A stretch of 64,000 nucleotides of DNA from Heteronotia binoei (Eukaryota): positions 56,358,001 to 56,422,000 of the forward strand of contig NC_083239.1 of the NCBI RefSeq assembly GCF_032191835.1, given 5' to 3'. This document shows positions 16,622-28,394 of the stretch, one piece after another. Under the pieces are notes generated by a model, which saw only the letters and a list, made by a program, of their open reading frames with translations, was not told where the DNA came from and did no database searches. Made by a program: the position numbers and the translations under genes. How positions within the stretch are numbered: the stretch's first letter is position 1; every line of letters begins with the position of its first letter.

Positions 16622-16905
16622 GGAAAGGAAAGGTCCCCTGTGCAAGCACCAGTCGTGTCCGACTCTGGGGTGTCGTTGCTTTCACGTTTTCACCGCAGAC
16701 TTTTAAGGGGTGGTTTGCCATTGCCTTCCGCAGACACCTACGCTTCCCCCCAGCAAGCTGGGGACTCATTTTACCGACCTCGGAAGGATGGAAGGCTGAG
16801 TCAACCTGGAGCCGGCTACCTGAACCAGCTTCTGCCGGGGATCTAACTCAGGTCGTGAACAGAGCTTAGGACTGCAGTACTGCAGCTTTAACACTGTGCC
16901 AGGAC
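16622..16905 (-). mobile_element. Sauria SINE
   Basis: tRNA-like head, body GGTTTGCCATTGCCTTCC...GGAAGGATGGAAGGCTGAGTCAACC, (ACCTTT)-type tail. Confidence 0.85.
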
Positions 16906-16956
16906 AGCTATTAAGGCCTGGGGAATGTGACTGGCAAGGGACGCATTGGCTACGTC

Positions 16957-16975
16957 TGCCCACAAGGGGGCAGCA
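16957..16975 (+). promoter_or_regulatory. Candidate CTCF site; a second candidate at 11720-11734
   Basis: TGCCCACAAGGGGGCAGCA matches 17/19 positions of the degenerate CTCF consensus; CCGCCAGGGGGCG at 11720. Motif match only. Confidence 0.4.
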
Positions 16976-17789
16976 GCTTCCAGGGCTGGAGGGTCTTGGG
17001 CGCTCCCCAGGGGAGTAGAGAGAAGCCCGCTTGCTGGGAGGGGAAAGACCTTTCTCTGCCTGAGATGCTGGAGAGCAGCTGCCCGTCTGAGCAGACAAGT
17101 CTGGCCTTAACGGACCAAGGACCTGATTCAGAATGAGGCGGTGTTCATGAGGAGGGGAGTCAGAGCCAGGGGAATCTGTTTCCATCTCCCTCTCGCCCAG
17201 CACAGCCTTTAGCCGGATGCAGAGACCATTCATTCATGATGACGAGTTTCCAGGATGTTTGCCCTCCACCTGCAGATGAGTCATCCTCTTTTGCTGAGCT
17301 AATCATTGCGTCATTGTCCCACAGGCGAGGGTTTGGCTTCAGCACTTCCGGATGCTTTCACAATGCACTGAGTGCCCAGACTTTATTCCCAGGCTGTTTC
17401 TGCGGTCGGTTCAGGGTCTGGCCTCAAGTTCTAATGTTAGAACCTGCTGGGACTAGGGCCCACAATCCTGCCCCGTTGCCTTTAGCATGTAGGGCCCCAA
17501 CATCAGAAATTGAGCACTTGCTGGCAGTTGCAGGACCTTTTTGCCTGTGGCACCCCTAAATAATCCCCTGGGAGAGGTGCAGCACCTTTTGACCATCACG
17601 GCCCCTGAGGTACCAGATAGACACTCAAGGCCTTCCTTGCCCGATGTTTCTTTTCTCTGTTGCTGTCAGCTTTGCGTTTGCCACGAATGGCTGCTGTTAA
17701 TTTTGTGGTCGCTTTTTATGACAAATTGATGGAATTGGGAGCTACCTTGGGCAAATTGATGTGGAAAGGCAGGCTATTTCACAAAGTCT

Positions 17790-18100
17790 CTGAAGGGCTG
17801 CCCCTTAGAGGAGCACAGGGAACTGTTCTTGTGGGCAGCAGAGGAGAGGACTCACAATCGGGGGCTCAAATTAAGGGTGGAAAGGGAAAGTGCTGGCTGG
17901 ATATTGGGGGAAATGTTTATGCCGTCAGAGCTGTTCAACAGGGGAGCAGTTAGCAAGGGAGGTGGTGAGCTCCTGCTCCCTGGCAGTCTTGAAGCAGCGG
18001 CTGGACACTCGTCAGGGACGCCCTGGGCTGATCCTGCCTTGAGCAGGGGGTGGGACTAGATGGCCTCTAGGGCGCCTCCCAACTCAGTGGTTTTGTGATT
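17790..18100 (+). mobile_element. CR1 3' fragment (same subfamily as 2030, uninterrupted) abutting the ACTMAP last-exon acceptor
   Basis: AAGGGCTGCCCCTTAGAGGAG...GCTGATCCTGCCTTGAGCAGGGGGTGGGACTAGATGGCC followed by a degenerate tail ending at 18100. Confidence 0.8.
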
Positions 18101-18736
18101 CCTTCTTCCCTGCAGGAGCTCTGCTTGGCCTGAAGGGAGACTCCCAAGTGCCAGCCTGCCAGGAAGACAAGGAGCTGCCCGGGCTTTTCCATGCCACCCC
18201 TCCGTGTGGCCTGGTCTCCCTGGGGGCCGTGGTGGAGACATACTTGCTTTCCAAGCAGGGCAAGAGCAGCCGCTACCAGCTGTGGAACTACCGGCAGGTG
18301 CAGGAAAGCAACGCCCAGCTGACCGACTTCAGTCCCAGGCGGGCGGGAGATGGCAAGGTCTACGTCGTGCCTGCGGGGGGCGTGCGGGAGGGGCTGTGTG
18401 GGCAGGCTGTGCTGCTGCATCCCCTGCCCCCCTAGAAGCAGTTCTGGCTGGGAGAGAGCCGGGGGCAGCGGTCGCCAGAGCAGCAGAGGAACAGATCAGG
18501 CTGGCGGGCCACGATCCCCAACAGGGGCTGAATGTCACCCGGATCATGTGCCCCCCTCCCCCCTGCTGTATCTTCACAAAGACCATCGATGGTATGATGT
18601 GGACTTAAACCCCCTAGTCTGACCCGCTGGGCTTCCCTGCCCGTCTGAAAACAGGACAGCATAATTTTTTGCACGCAGCAGCAAACTGCTCCCTCTCTCC
18701 GACCCGAACTGCCTGTATGGTTCTCTGGAGCCTCTG

Positions 18737-18742
18737 AATAAA
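18737..18742 (+). terminator. ACTMAP polyadenylation signal AATAAA
   Basis: AATAAA about 300 nt after the stop codon, followed by GU/U-rich CGTGGTCGTCTTTTGG. Confidence 0.75.
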
Positions 18743-19512
18743 ACTGCCAGCGTGGTCGTCTTTTGGGTCCCTGGCCTTCCTTTCGGGGGACGGAGGAGCC
18801 CGCCTTGGCAAAGGCCGCTCCTGCCTGCTCTTTCCACTCCACTCCATCCCAGCGGAGGAAGGGCACGGCCCCACATGCCTCGGGGAGGCTCCTGGCTGGT
18901 GCCGCTGATGGCAGACGGGGAGCAGAGGGTGGGATGGGGTGGGGCGCGCGTCAGACACTCCCTTGGAAGTCCAAGCCGGGCTCTGCATTCCTGGGGAGAA
19001 CAGAGCCAAAGCAGTGCTCTGGCAGGCATCGCAGATGCCAAGACAGGGGCGTTGCCCTTGGGTGGCACACAGGCCTGTGGCAACAGAATGCCAGCCTTCT
19101 GATGGGCGAATTGCTGCTTGGAGAAGGGGCCCTTGTGGCTGGAGGGAGGGGCCGGGGAAACTGAGGGGTGTCTTTGGAGACTGACCGGCAGCTGCCACTG
19201 GGCGGAAGAGGCAGACCTGCGCTTGGGGACAGGACAGGATCTACATTTCTTTTGAGGGAGAGGCAAAATTAAGAAATGGCACCGCCTTATGGGCCCATAG
19301 AAGAGAATGGACTCCATATCCAATTCGGTACCCCCCGCTAGATCTGGCCCGGGCGGGGGGAGGAGCAGCTTCTGGCAATTTGGGGAAGTGTTGCAGAGCC
19401 ACCGCTGCTGTGCCATAGTGCATCTTTCCTCCACGCCATCGATGAGGCCAATGCGCCAGTGCCCGTTCCTGCCCTAGGAACACTGCCAGAGGCCCATGTC
19501 CAGCAGCCGGGG

Positions 19513-20030
19513 TCATAGAATCCTAGAGTTGGAAGGGACTTCCAGGGTCATCCAGTCCAACCCCCTGCGCAATGCAGGAAACTCACAAACCCCTCCCCCT
19601 ACATTCACAGGATCTTCATTGCTGTCAGATGGCCATCCAGCCTCTGTTTAAAAACCTCCAAGGAAGGGGAGCCCAGTTAAAGCATAGAATCGTAGAGCTG
19701 GAAGGGACCTCCAGGGTTATGTAGTCCAACCCCCTGCAGAATGCAGGAAACTCACAAACACCTCCCCCTAAAGTCACAGGATCTTCTTTGCTGTCAGATG
19801 GCCATCCAGCCTCTGTTGAAAAACCTCCAAGGAAGGAGAGCCCACCACCTCCCAAGGAGGAAGCCTGTTCCACTGAGGAACCGCTCTAAGTGTCAGGAAT
19901 CATAGAGTTGGAAGGGACCTCCAGGGTCATCTAGTCCAACCCCCCGCACAGTGCAGGAAATTCACCAATACTTCCCCTCCTGCACCCCCAGTGACCCCTG
20001 CTGCTCCATGCCATGAAAATGGCCAGGAAG
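19513..20030 (-). repeat. Three head-to-tail CR1 3'-end monomers
   Basis: TAGAATC..AGAGTTGGAAGGGAC starts at about 19515, 19685 and 19900. Confidence 0.88.
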
Positions 20031-20319
20031 CCTCCAGGATCCCAGGTCACTCTGGCCTGGAATAAACTGCTTCCTGACTTCCTGGCCAGGTCTTGGAGGG
20101 GAGAGACTCTCCAGGGCAGAGGCAGGCATGGGTCGCCTGCACACACAAGGCACAGAGGCTGGGGAGGGCGTTTTGTCCAGTGGCTCCCAGAACCTGAAGT
20201 TGGATTCGGCCACATTTTTTCACAATATGCAGGCGGAAGCCTGTTCCCTGGAGCCAGCGAATGCCCATGTGCACTGAGAGTCACACAGAACAAGTTATGG
20301 GGATGGGACAAAAGGCAGC

Positions 20320-20676
20320 TCTGCATGGGATGGAGAAAGTAGAGAAAGAAGTACTTTTCTCCCTTTCTCACAATACGAGAACTCGTGGGCCTTCAATGAA
20401 ATTGCTGAGCAGTCCGGTTAGAACGGATAAAAGGAAGTCCTTCTTTACCCAAAGGGTGATTAACATGTGGAATTCACTGCCACAGGAGATGGTGGCGGCC
20501 ACAAGCACAGCCAGCTTTAAGAGAGGATTGGATAAAAATATGGAGCAGAGGTCCATCAGTGGCTATTAGCCACAGTGTGTGTGTGTGTATATATATGTTT
20601 TTGGCCACTGTGTGACAGAACGTTGGACTGGAGGGGCCATTGGCCTGATCCAACCCAGCTTCTCTTATGTTCTTAT
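20320..20676 (+). mobile_element. CR1 3' fragment with TTCTTATG tail
   Basis: Translates FSLSHNTRTRGPSMKL...KRKSFFTQRVINMWNSLPQE; ends GGCCATTGGCCTGATCC..CTTATGTTCTTATG. Confidence 0.9.
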
Positions 20677-21490
20677 GCCCGCCCCCCCCCCAACCCACAG
20701 ACAAGCAAGAAAGAAAACGTCAGCCGAGAGCACCTGAGTCTTGTCCCTTTAACAATGTTTTAAGTATCAACACTTACAAAGCAATTAGGAGGACCCTGAG
20801 CTCTTCACTAGAGGGCCAGAACAGCTCCCCCACCCCCACCCTCCAGCATTTAAAGCAAGCCCTCCAACCCCCCCGTCCCACAGATTGCTCCTCATGGAAT
20901 CCTTTGCCAGTTCAGCCCCACAGACAAGCACTTTGGCAAGGGGTTGAGGTCTCAGTGGTCCCTCACACCCCCAGCTGCTCTTGGAGCCCCTTATTAGAGG
21001 AGGGGAGGAAGGCGGGGGGAGGGGTCTGCAATCCAGACCAGAGAGGGCCCATCCCTGTGGCTGGGGGCTCAAACAGGCAGCCTGACCAGGGGGAGGAGCG
21101 CAGTCCTGGCTGCTCCCAGGCCCAGGGGGTCGATCGCCTGATTCCTGGCAGGCACCCACAAGCCAAGTCGTTGGAAGTGCTTTCTCCCCACACCATAGCA
21201 ACTTGGGGGGGAGACACAGACCCACAGCAAAGGGTGGGGGGGCAACACTACCCTTTCTCCTACAATAAATAACTTTAAGAGGTACAGTAACTCTGGCTGG
21301 GCCGGACCAGCTCCCTTTTCAGACGTTTTCGCCCACCTGCCAGTGGGCTCTTCCTGGTTCCGCCTCCGCGCAGTGCTAGCATATCTGGCTGAATAAATTA
21401 AGGGAGGGGGCCACGGGGGCGGAGCAGTGCCACCCTGCTTTCCAGCTGCCCGAGGAGAGAGTGGCTGAACGGCTGGTCTCTCGTCAGAGT

Positions 21491-24400
21491 TCACTCGCTC
21501 AGCATCTTCTCCAGGACAGCAATGAGATTGTCCAAGCCCCACAGGTAGCCGTCCTCGCGGTTCCCTTCCACCCAGGGCAGCCGGTGGGTCAGTGTCTGTT
21601 TTGCAGGCAGAGGCACCGTCTTGCCGAAGTCGATCATCCAGACGCGAGCCAGTCCCGTGTGGTCGTGGACAAAGAGAAGGGAGCTGCCCACCACCTGCAA
21701 GCCAGGGAGGAAACGTGGTCAGGCGGAGAGATGAGGCGGGCTTCCTGGGAGGGAGCTGGGGTTGGGGGAGTGCGCCACTGAGCCAGAGAACCAGAGCTGG
21801 CAGCCCCCCGAGGTACCCGTGCAAACCCACCTCATGGGCCTTGAAGAAGTCCGACTGCTCCAGAGCCAGCCTCACGTCCTTCAGCCGTCCCATGTAGCTG
21901 GTCTGCAGAGACAGGAAAGAAGGTTAGGAAGCTGCACACTCCTGGCACGGGAAGCGCCTCCTCCACAATTGCTTGCGCTCAGTACTGCCCACAACAAACT
22001 GACTGCAAATGCACCACTGTGGGGGCGGGGAGTCAGACAGCAGTGGGGAGGGGCCCCCTGCCAGTCAAGGTGGAGAAACTCCCAGAGCCAAGAAAAGAGG
22101 CCTCAGGAATGCAGCCTGCCTAGAGATGTGAAGGCCCGGAAAAAAACTGGAAAAATTCGGGAAAAAAACAGGTTTTCTCTGTTTTTTTCCTGAAGCCTCT
22201 TTTGTTTTTTTCCGGAAAATTGGAAAAATTTAAAAAAAGAAAAGGAAAAAATTATTATGGAACGTTTTATTTTAACATGATGAATAAACTTATTTTAAGA
22301 CAAAGTGTTCAAATAGTAAACAGTTCAGGAGATTGTTGCTCCATTTGTTACAATTTCAAATAATTATTATTTAAAAAGTCAATTCTGTTTGTAATAATTG
22401 TTTGGATACACTATATTTTTAATAAGCTAGTTGTGAATTTCATGCTAAGTAAAATTGCCCATAGTCAAATTTTATGTTCCTAAAGTAACAGAATGACTTT
22501 CAGTCTGGAAAAGAAAAAAGAAGGGCTAATGTAGCATTTTTTTTTCAATTTTTCCGAAAAAAACTGGGTTTTTTCCCGAGCTTTAAAATTTCCAGAAATT
22601 TTACATCTCTAAGCCTACCCTTTCCAGGCCCCCCACATGCAAGCACTGGGGGGGACTGCCCCAAGGCACCCCCCCCCTTCACACAGCGGCATCCCCCACT
22701 GCCTCCTGTTCCTCACCAGAATGCGCCGGTCACGGTCCACAAAGTCCCAGATGGCCTGGACCACTTGCTCCGGCTGCCGGGTCTTCTTGAAGCTGGTGCT
22801 GCAGGCCCCGTTGGCTTTCTGGGGAGAACAGAGACCCGGTCGGTGGGTCATGCACGGAGGGCAACAGACAGTTTGCCCCAGAATGCAGCAAAAGCAGGGA
22901 ATTGGGAGGGGGGGGGCATCTTCCAACACACCCCGACTTTATCCCAGGCCCCATCACAATGAACAGAGAGCAACACTGGGAGGTTTTTTTGGGGGGGGAG
23001 GAGTGTTAAAGCAACTCCATGTCCAAGGAGACCCCCCTCTCTATGAACACAGATACCTGAAGAGGAGTGCATGCACATGAAAACTTCTACCTAGAGTTAA
23101 ACCTTGTTGGCCTTAAAGATGCCTGACTGGACTCAAACCCTGTTCACGTGAACACACATGAAGCAGTCTTGCCTTCTCAGACCGGCAGCCGCTCTCCAGG
23201 GTCTTCCTCATCTTCTCCTGCCTGGTCCTTTCAACTGGAGATGTTGGGGGCTGAACGTGGGGCCTTCCGTGGGCCAAGCAGAGGCTCTCCCCCTGAGCCA
23301 GGGCCTCCCCCAAAACATAAACATACACCAAGATGCCTTCCACTGACCCAGACCCTCTCTGGTCCCTCCAAGTCAGTTTTGTCTCCTCAGACTGACAGCT
23401 GCTGTCCAGGGCCTCAGGCAGAAAAGATGTCGGGGATCGAACCTGGGACCTTCTGAGTGCCAAGTGGCTGCTCTCCACTGAGCCCCTGCTTTCCACCACC
23501 TGCCTTACCTTGATGCCCTCGATCCGGAACCCGAGGGTGGTGGTGGAGCTAAGGGTCTCCCTCCACTGCATGTAGCGGGGCTTCAGGACGGCACGCTGTT
23601 CATGCTCCTCCGGGGAGGGGGCAGCGGGGTCCACAGCCACCATCTTGTCATACATGTCCCTGCGCGGACAGGGCTGCTTCCGCGCTTTCTCCAGCTCCTC
23701 TTCTAGGTACGTCCTGTGGAGAGAGGAGCGCAGTGTCAGGCCTCAGGGCAGCACAGACTCCATGCCCTCCCACGGCTTCCTGGCTCACAGCCTCCGGGGC
23801 TCACCTGACTCCCATTTTGCAGTCCATGATGGACGGGGCGTCAAAGCCAGAGAGGAGGTCCTCCATTTGGATGTAGGTCTCCCCGTTGTGCTCCACCAGG
23901 CCGTAATAGGCAGGCACGTAGGGCTGCAGGGCGTCAGAGGCCAGGTGCTCCAAACACTGCTGCTCATTGGGACAAAACTTCTTCAGGATGCGCCCAAAGT
24001 CCCCGGCCTTGAAGTTGCCTGCAGAGAGAAGCAAAGGTAAAGAGCCAGTAGGCTTCCCGTGACCCTCGCCTTCTTTTCCTGCACTGGAAAGGGAAAGGAA
24101 AGGTCCCCTGTGCAAGCACCAGTCGCTTCCGACTCTGGGGTGACGTCGCTTTCACAACATTTCCACGGCAGACTTTTTACAGGATGGTTTGCCCTTGCCT
24201 TCCCCAGTCTTCTACGCTTTCCCCCCAGCAAGCTGGGGACTCATTTGACCGACCTCGGAAGGATGGAAGGCTGAGTCAACCTCGAGCTGGCTACCTGAAA
24301 ACCCAGCTTCTAGAGGGGATCGAACTCAGGTCATGAGCAGAGCTTAGGACTGCAGTACTGCAGCTTTACCACTCTGCACCACGGGGCTCTTAAAGGTAAA

Positions 24401-25469
24401 GGTAGTCCCCTGTGCAAGTACCAGTCGTTTCCGACTCTGGGGTGACGTTGCTTTCACAACGTTTTCACGGCAGACTTTTTACGGGGTGGTTTGCCACTGC
24501 CTTCCCCAGTCTTTTACACTTTCCCCCCAGCAAGCTGGGGACTCATTTGACCGACCTCGGAAGGATGGAAGGCTGAGTCAACCTGGAGCCAGCTACCTGA
24601 AACCCCTGCTTCCACCGGGGATCAAACTCAGGTCGTGAGCAGAGCTTAGGACTGCAATACTGCAGCTTTAACATTCTGCGCCACGGGGCTTCCTGGACTC
24701 TGGGTGTGATTACGCAGCCCCTGGAACCCCCAAGGATCAGTTCCCTCTAAGCTGCAGAATCTTGTGAGCAAAACGTCTACTTTGTGAGCTGCTGGCATTA
24801 AAGTTGTGAGCTCCTGCATATATTAGTGGGCTCTGGGGTCATCCTTCCTGAGCTAAGACAAAAAAAATGTGTGAGCTGGAGGCTAAAAACCTGTGAGCTG
24901 GCTCACACTAACTCAGCTGAGAGGGAACGCTGCCATGGACCACATCAGTAGGCTGACCAACAGGAAAGGAGTATGGAGCAACTGAACAGTTTGGTCCAAG
25001 ACGCCAAAGGAAAAGCCAGACGGCAGCTTCTGGTGGGGTTGCAGGGAGAGGCAGAATACACCCTTGCCGTTTCTCCCAGGTTCCATGCAGAATATCCAGG
25101 CACTGAGAAGGGCTGGGGATGGGTGCAAAAGAGGGGAAGCCACGTTTGATCTTGGACAGCGAAAGCCTGCCGCCCAGCCAGCCAGCAGTTCTCATTTCGG
25201 CTCCAGGAGCCTTCAAGGTCAGCCGCTGCTAGCCACTCTCCCAGAGAAAAGGTTCCCTTCTGGGACGGGAGGTGATCTGGCTGCAGGCACCAACCACAGC
25301 ACTGAAGCAGGCCCTTTGTGCAGCCCCCATCCAGAACAGGCGGGCCCTCTTCTCCGCCCCCACAGTCACCTGCATGGCCAGCAAGCTGCACCCAGGGGTA
25401 GCGTTTCCGGAAGGACACGACGCAGGGAGACCAATGGACCATGTTCTTCAGCCTCCTCCACGGCTTCAC
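21491..25469 (-). CDS. ITPKC: Inositol-trisphosphate 3-kinase C, exons 2-7 (calmodulin-binding segment and catalytic domain); first coding exon not resolved
   Basis: Exons 25469-25370, 24018-23805, 23713-23509, 22818-22717, 21902-21831 and 21694-21491 (TGA) splice in frame. Motifs [79 protein letters not shown]. The paralogue call (C rather than A or B) rests on synteny between ACTMAP and COQ8B. Confidence 0.94.
22121..22611. mobile_element. Non-autonomous hAT (Ac-like) transposon, 491 bp, in ITPKC intron 5
   Basis: TIRs TAGAGATGT / ACATCTCTA; 8-bp flanks AGCCTGCC (22113-22120) / AGCCTACC (22612-22619); AT-rich interior. Confidence 0.88.
24087..24692 (-). mobile_element. Two head-to-tail Sauria SINEs in ITPKC intron 2
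   Basis: Copies at about 24087-24390 and 24391-24692, same body as 16622; AAAGGTAAAGGT tail. Confidence 0.87.
24738..24932. mobile_element. MITE with CAGT(G)TTCCCTCT-type TIRs; inverted relative at 899-1065
   Basis: CAGTTCCCTCTAAGCTG ... CAGCTGAGAGGGAACGCTG; interior shared with 899-1065. Confidence 0.65.
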
Positions 25470-25662
25470 CTGCAAAGCAAAGGGAGGAAAGGGGTGGTGA
25501 GAGGTGGGGGGAGGGGAGGAATCCAGACAGTAATGTTGGGGGGAGGGGAGTGGAGTCGGTCACCTTTCCACACACCAGGAAACCAGAGCAGCAGCCCTGA
25601 GGAGGGGCCGGCAGATGTCGGGCTGAAGCACAAGCGACTGCACAATTGCGCATGAAAACATC

Positions 25663-26115
25663 NNNNNNNNNNNNNNNNNNNNNNNNNNNNNNNNNNNNNN
25701 NNNNNNNNNNNNNNNNNNNNNNNNNNNNNNNNNNNNNNNNNNNNNNNNNNNNNNNNNNNNNNNNNNNNNNNNNNNNNNNNNNNNNNNNNNNNNNNNNNNN
25801 NNNNNNNNNNNNNNNNNNNNNNNNNNNNNNNNNNNNNNNNNNNNNNNNNNNNNNNNNNNNNNNNNNNNNNNNNNNNNNNNNNNNNNNNNNNNNNNNNNNN
25901 NNNNNNNNNNNNNNNNNNNNNNNNNNNNNNNNNNNNNNNNNNNNNNNNNNNNNNNNNNNNNNNNNNNNNNNNNNNNNNNNNNNNNNNNNNNNNNNNNNNN
26001 NNNNNNNNNNNNNNNNNNNNNNNNNNNNNNNNNNNNNNNNNNNNNNNNNNNNNNNNNNNNNNNNNNNNNNNNNNNNNNNNNNNNNNNNNNNNNNNNNNNN
26101 NNNNNNNNNNNNNNN
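25663..26115. other. Assembly gap (453 N)
   Basis: N run. Confidence 1.
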
Positions 26116-26360
26116 CCTCCACTCCGAAGAGTCTCAGAGCGGCTCACAATCTCCTTTACCTTCCTCCCCCACAACAGACACCCTGTGAGGTGGGTGGGGC
26201 TGGAGAGGGCTCTCACAACAGCTGCCCTTTCAAGAACAATCTCTGCCAGAGCTATGGCTGACCCAAGGCCATGCCAGCAGGTGCAAGTGGAGGAGTCAGG
26301 AATCAAACCCAGTTCTCCCAGATAAGAGTCCGCACACTTAACCACTACACCAAACCGGCT
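26116..26360 (-). mobile_element. Squam3-like SINE (tail in the N gap)
   Basis: Reverse complement of the 9814 element. Confidence 0.8.
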
Positions 26361-27244
26361 CCATTGAGATTTTCTGTTTTGATATGTTGTCATAGTGCTC
26401 TTAGCCCGGGCTCTTCCCCAAAAAAACAAGCCGGAGATCGTGCGTCTGCTGGCAAAAAAGAGGCTAGAAATGGCCATCTAGCCTCTGTTGCAAAACCTCC
26501 AAGGAAGGAGAGCCCACCACCTCCTGAAGAATCCTAGCAAAAAAGGGCGCGAAAACAGCTGGTGCTCCCGGAAGCAAGATAAAATCAGACCAGTGTGAAA
26601 TGGCTCGCTTCAGGCATGAAACCCTACCAGAAGTGTCTGAAACTCCCATCCCTATTCTGGATTACTCCAGAGTGGCACAATACCGATTCCCTTCCAGTTT
26701 CCACTGGTAAGTGTGAAAAGTCCCAGAGAGTGTGAAACAGGTCCAAGGTCACCCAGTGAGCTTCCATCGCACAAGTGGGGATTCGAACCTGGATCTTCCA
26801 GATCCTAATCTGATGCTCTTAACTACTACCCTGCCCTGAAGCATTCTTGCCCTCTTTCCGCCTCCACAACCGAGAAGAGCCTCCAGCGGCAGATCCTGGC
26901 TCAGATGATGCCTGGATTGTCTTTGACACCCAAGAAGCAAAACACCGACCACACCTTGGCCAAAAATGTGGACGGGCCAGAAGCAACGGCTTCTGGGGCC
27001 AGATCCTGCCCACGGCCACCCCCCAAGTTCCCCAGTTCTTGGTGTCTCCTTCTCTGCAAAGGTTTTGGAGGCTGCTCACAAAATCCCAACTCAAAGGCAA
27101 CCGGAAGCTACTCTCAGACTCTTCAAGGGAAAGAAAAGCGGGGTAGAAAAAACAGCTCCCTGCCTTAAAACCACAGCATCAGACCCAGATCTAGAGCTGC
27201 CCTCTAAGGCGGCAAGAACAAGAGAAACTCAAGGAAGGAGAAAC

Positions 27245-27979
27245 CATCTTCAAGTCCGTGAAGGGCTGCCCTAGAGAGGATGGGGTGGAATTGTTTTCTG
27301 TGGCCCCAAAAGGTAGGACCAGAACCAAAGGGTTGAAATTAAATCAAAAGAGTTTCTGGCTCCACATTAGGAAGAACTTCCTGACCGTTAGAGCGGTTCC
27401 TCAGTGGAACAGGCTTCCTCCTTGGGAGGCAGTGGGCTCTCCTTCCTTGGAGGTTTTTCAACAGAGGCTGGATAGCCATCTGACAGCAATGAAGATCCTG
27501 TGAATTTAGGGGGAGGGGTTTGTGAGTTTCCTGCACTATGCTGGGGGTTGGACTAGATGACCCTGGAGGTCCCTTCCAACTCTATGATTCTAACTTCCTG
27601 ACTGTTCGAGCGATTCCTTAGTGGAACAGGCTTCCTCGGGAGGTGGTGGGCTCTCCTTCTTTGGAGGTTTTTCAACAGACGCTAGATGGCCATCTGACAG
27701 CAATGAAGATCCTGTGAATTTCGGGGGAGGTGTTTGTGAGTTCCCTGCATTGTGCAGGGGTTTGGACTAGATGACCCTGGAGGTCCCTTCCAATTCTAGG
27801 ATTCTAGAATTCTTCAGGAGGTGGTGGGCTCTCCTTCCTTGGAGGTTTTTCAACATAGATGGCCATCGGACAGCAATGAAGATCCTGTGAATTTCGGGGG
27901 AGGTGTTTGTGAGTTTCCTGCACTGTGCAGGGGGTTGGACTAGATGACCCTGGAGGTCCCTTCCAGCTCTAGGATTCTA
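27245..27979 (+). repeat. Three head-to-tail CR1 3'-end monomers (sense orientation)
   Basis: Monomers at about 27245-27592 (includes ORF2 end KGCPREDGVELFSVAP), 27593-27813 and 27817-27979. Confidence 0.9.
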
Positions 27980-28247
27980 AGGAAGAGCCACTGGACTGGA
28001 GCCCAGGAGTCCACCTGAGGGACCAGCGAGTTTTCCAGGCCACAAGCTTCAGTGGGTCAAAGTGCCCCTTCGTCAGATATGGGACGAGCCTGCCCCAGTG
28101 CTGGGGGTCACCCATAGAAAGCTCTGCTCTCCTGTATGTGGAAGGCTCACGGGTGGGGGAGGCCCAAAGGGGTTGTGGTTCTGGAGAGCCCCCCTCAGGA
28201 GTTTGCCCCCACTTAACCCCAGATGCAGCCCCCCCCCCCCGGCTCAC

Positions 28248-28394
28248 AGCCACACCGTGGTCAGGGCTGTCAGCCCTGGAAGAGCCACAAAAACCCCAAA
28301 CTGAAACCCCCGCGGTGCGCCTGAGGCAGAGTTCCCATTGTGGGCTGAGGTTGGTTTTGAAGCTGCCGCAAAGGACAACTCCCTCCCCCGCCAT
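28248..28394 (-). CDS. Candidate ITPKC upstream coding exon A (49 codons, phase 0)
   Basis: Acceptor TTTTTACTTCCCAG/CAG at 28401-28406, ATG at 28394, open frame MAGEGVVLC...DSPDHGVA, donor GCT|gtgagc in phase with exon 2. No homology recognised. Confidence 0.3.

Noticed and set aside
25466-26477. ORFs running through N runs (also 58397-58951)
   Set aside because: Artefacts of translating assembly gaps.
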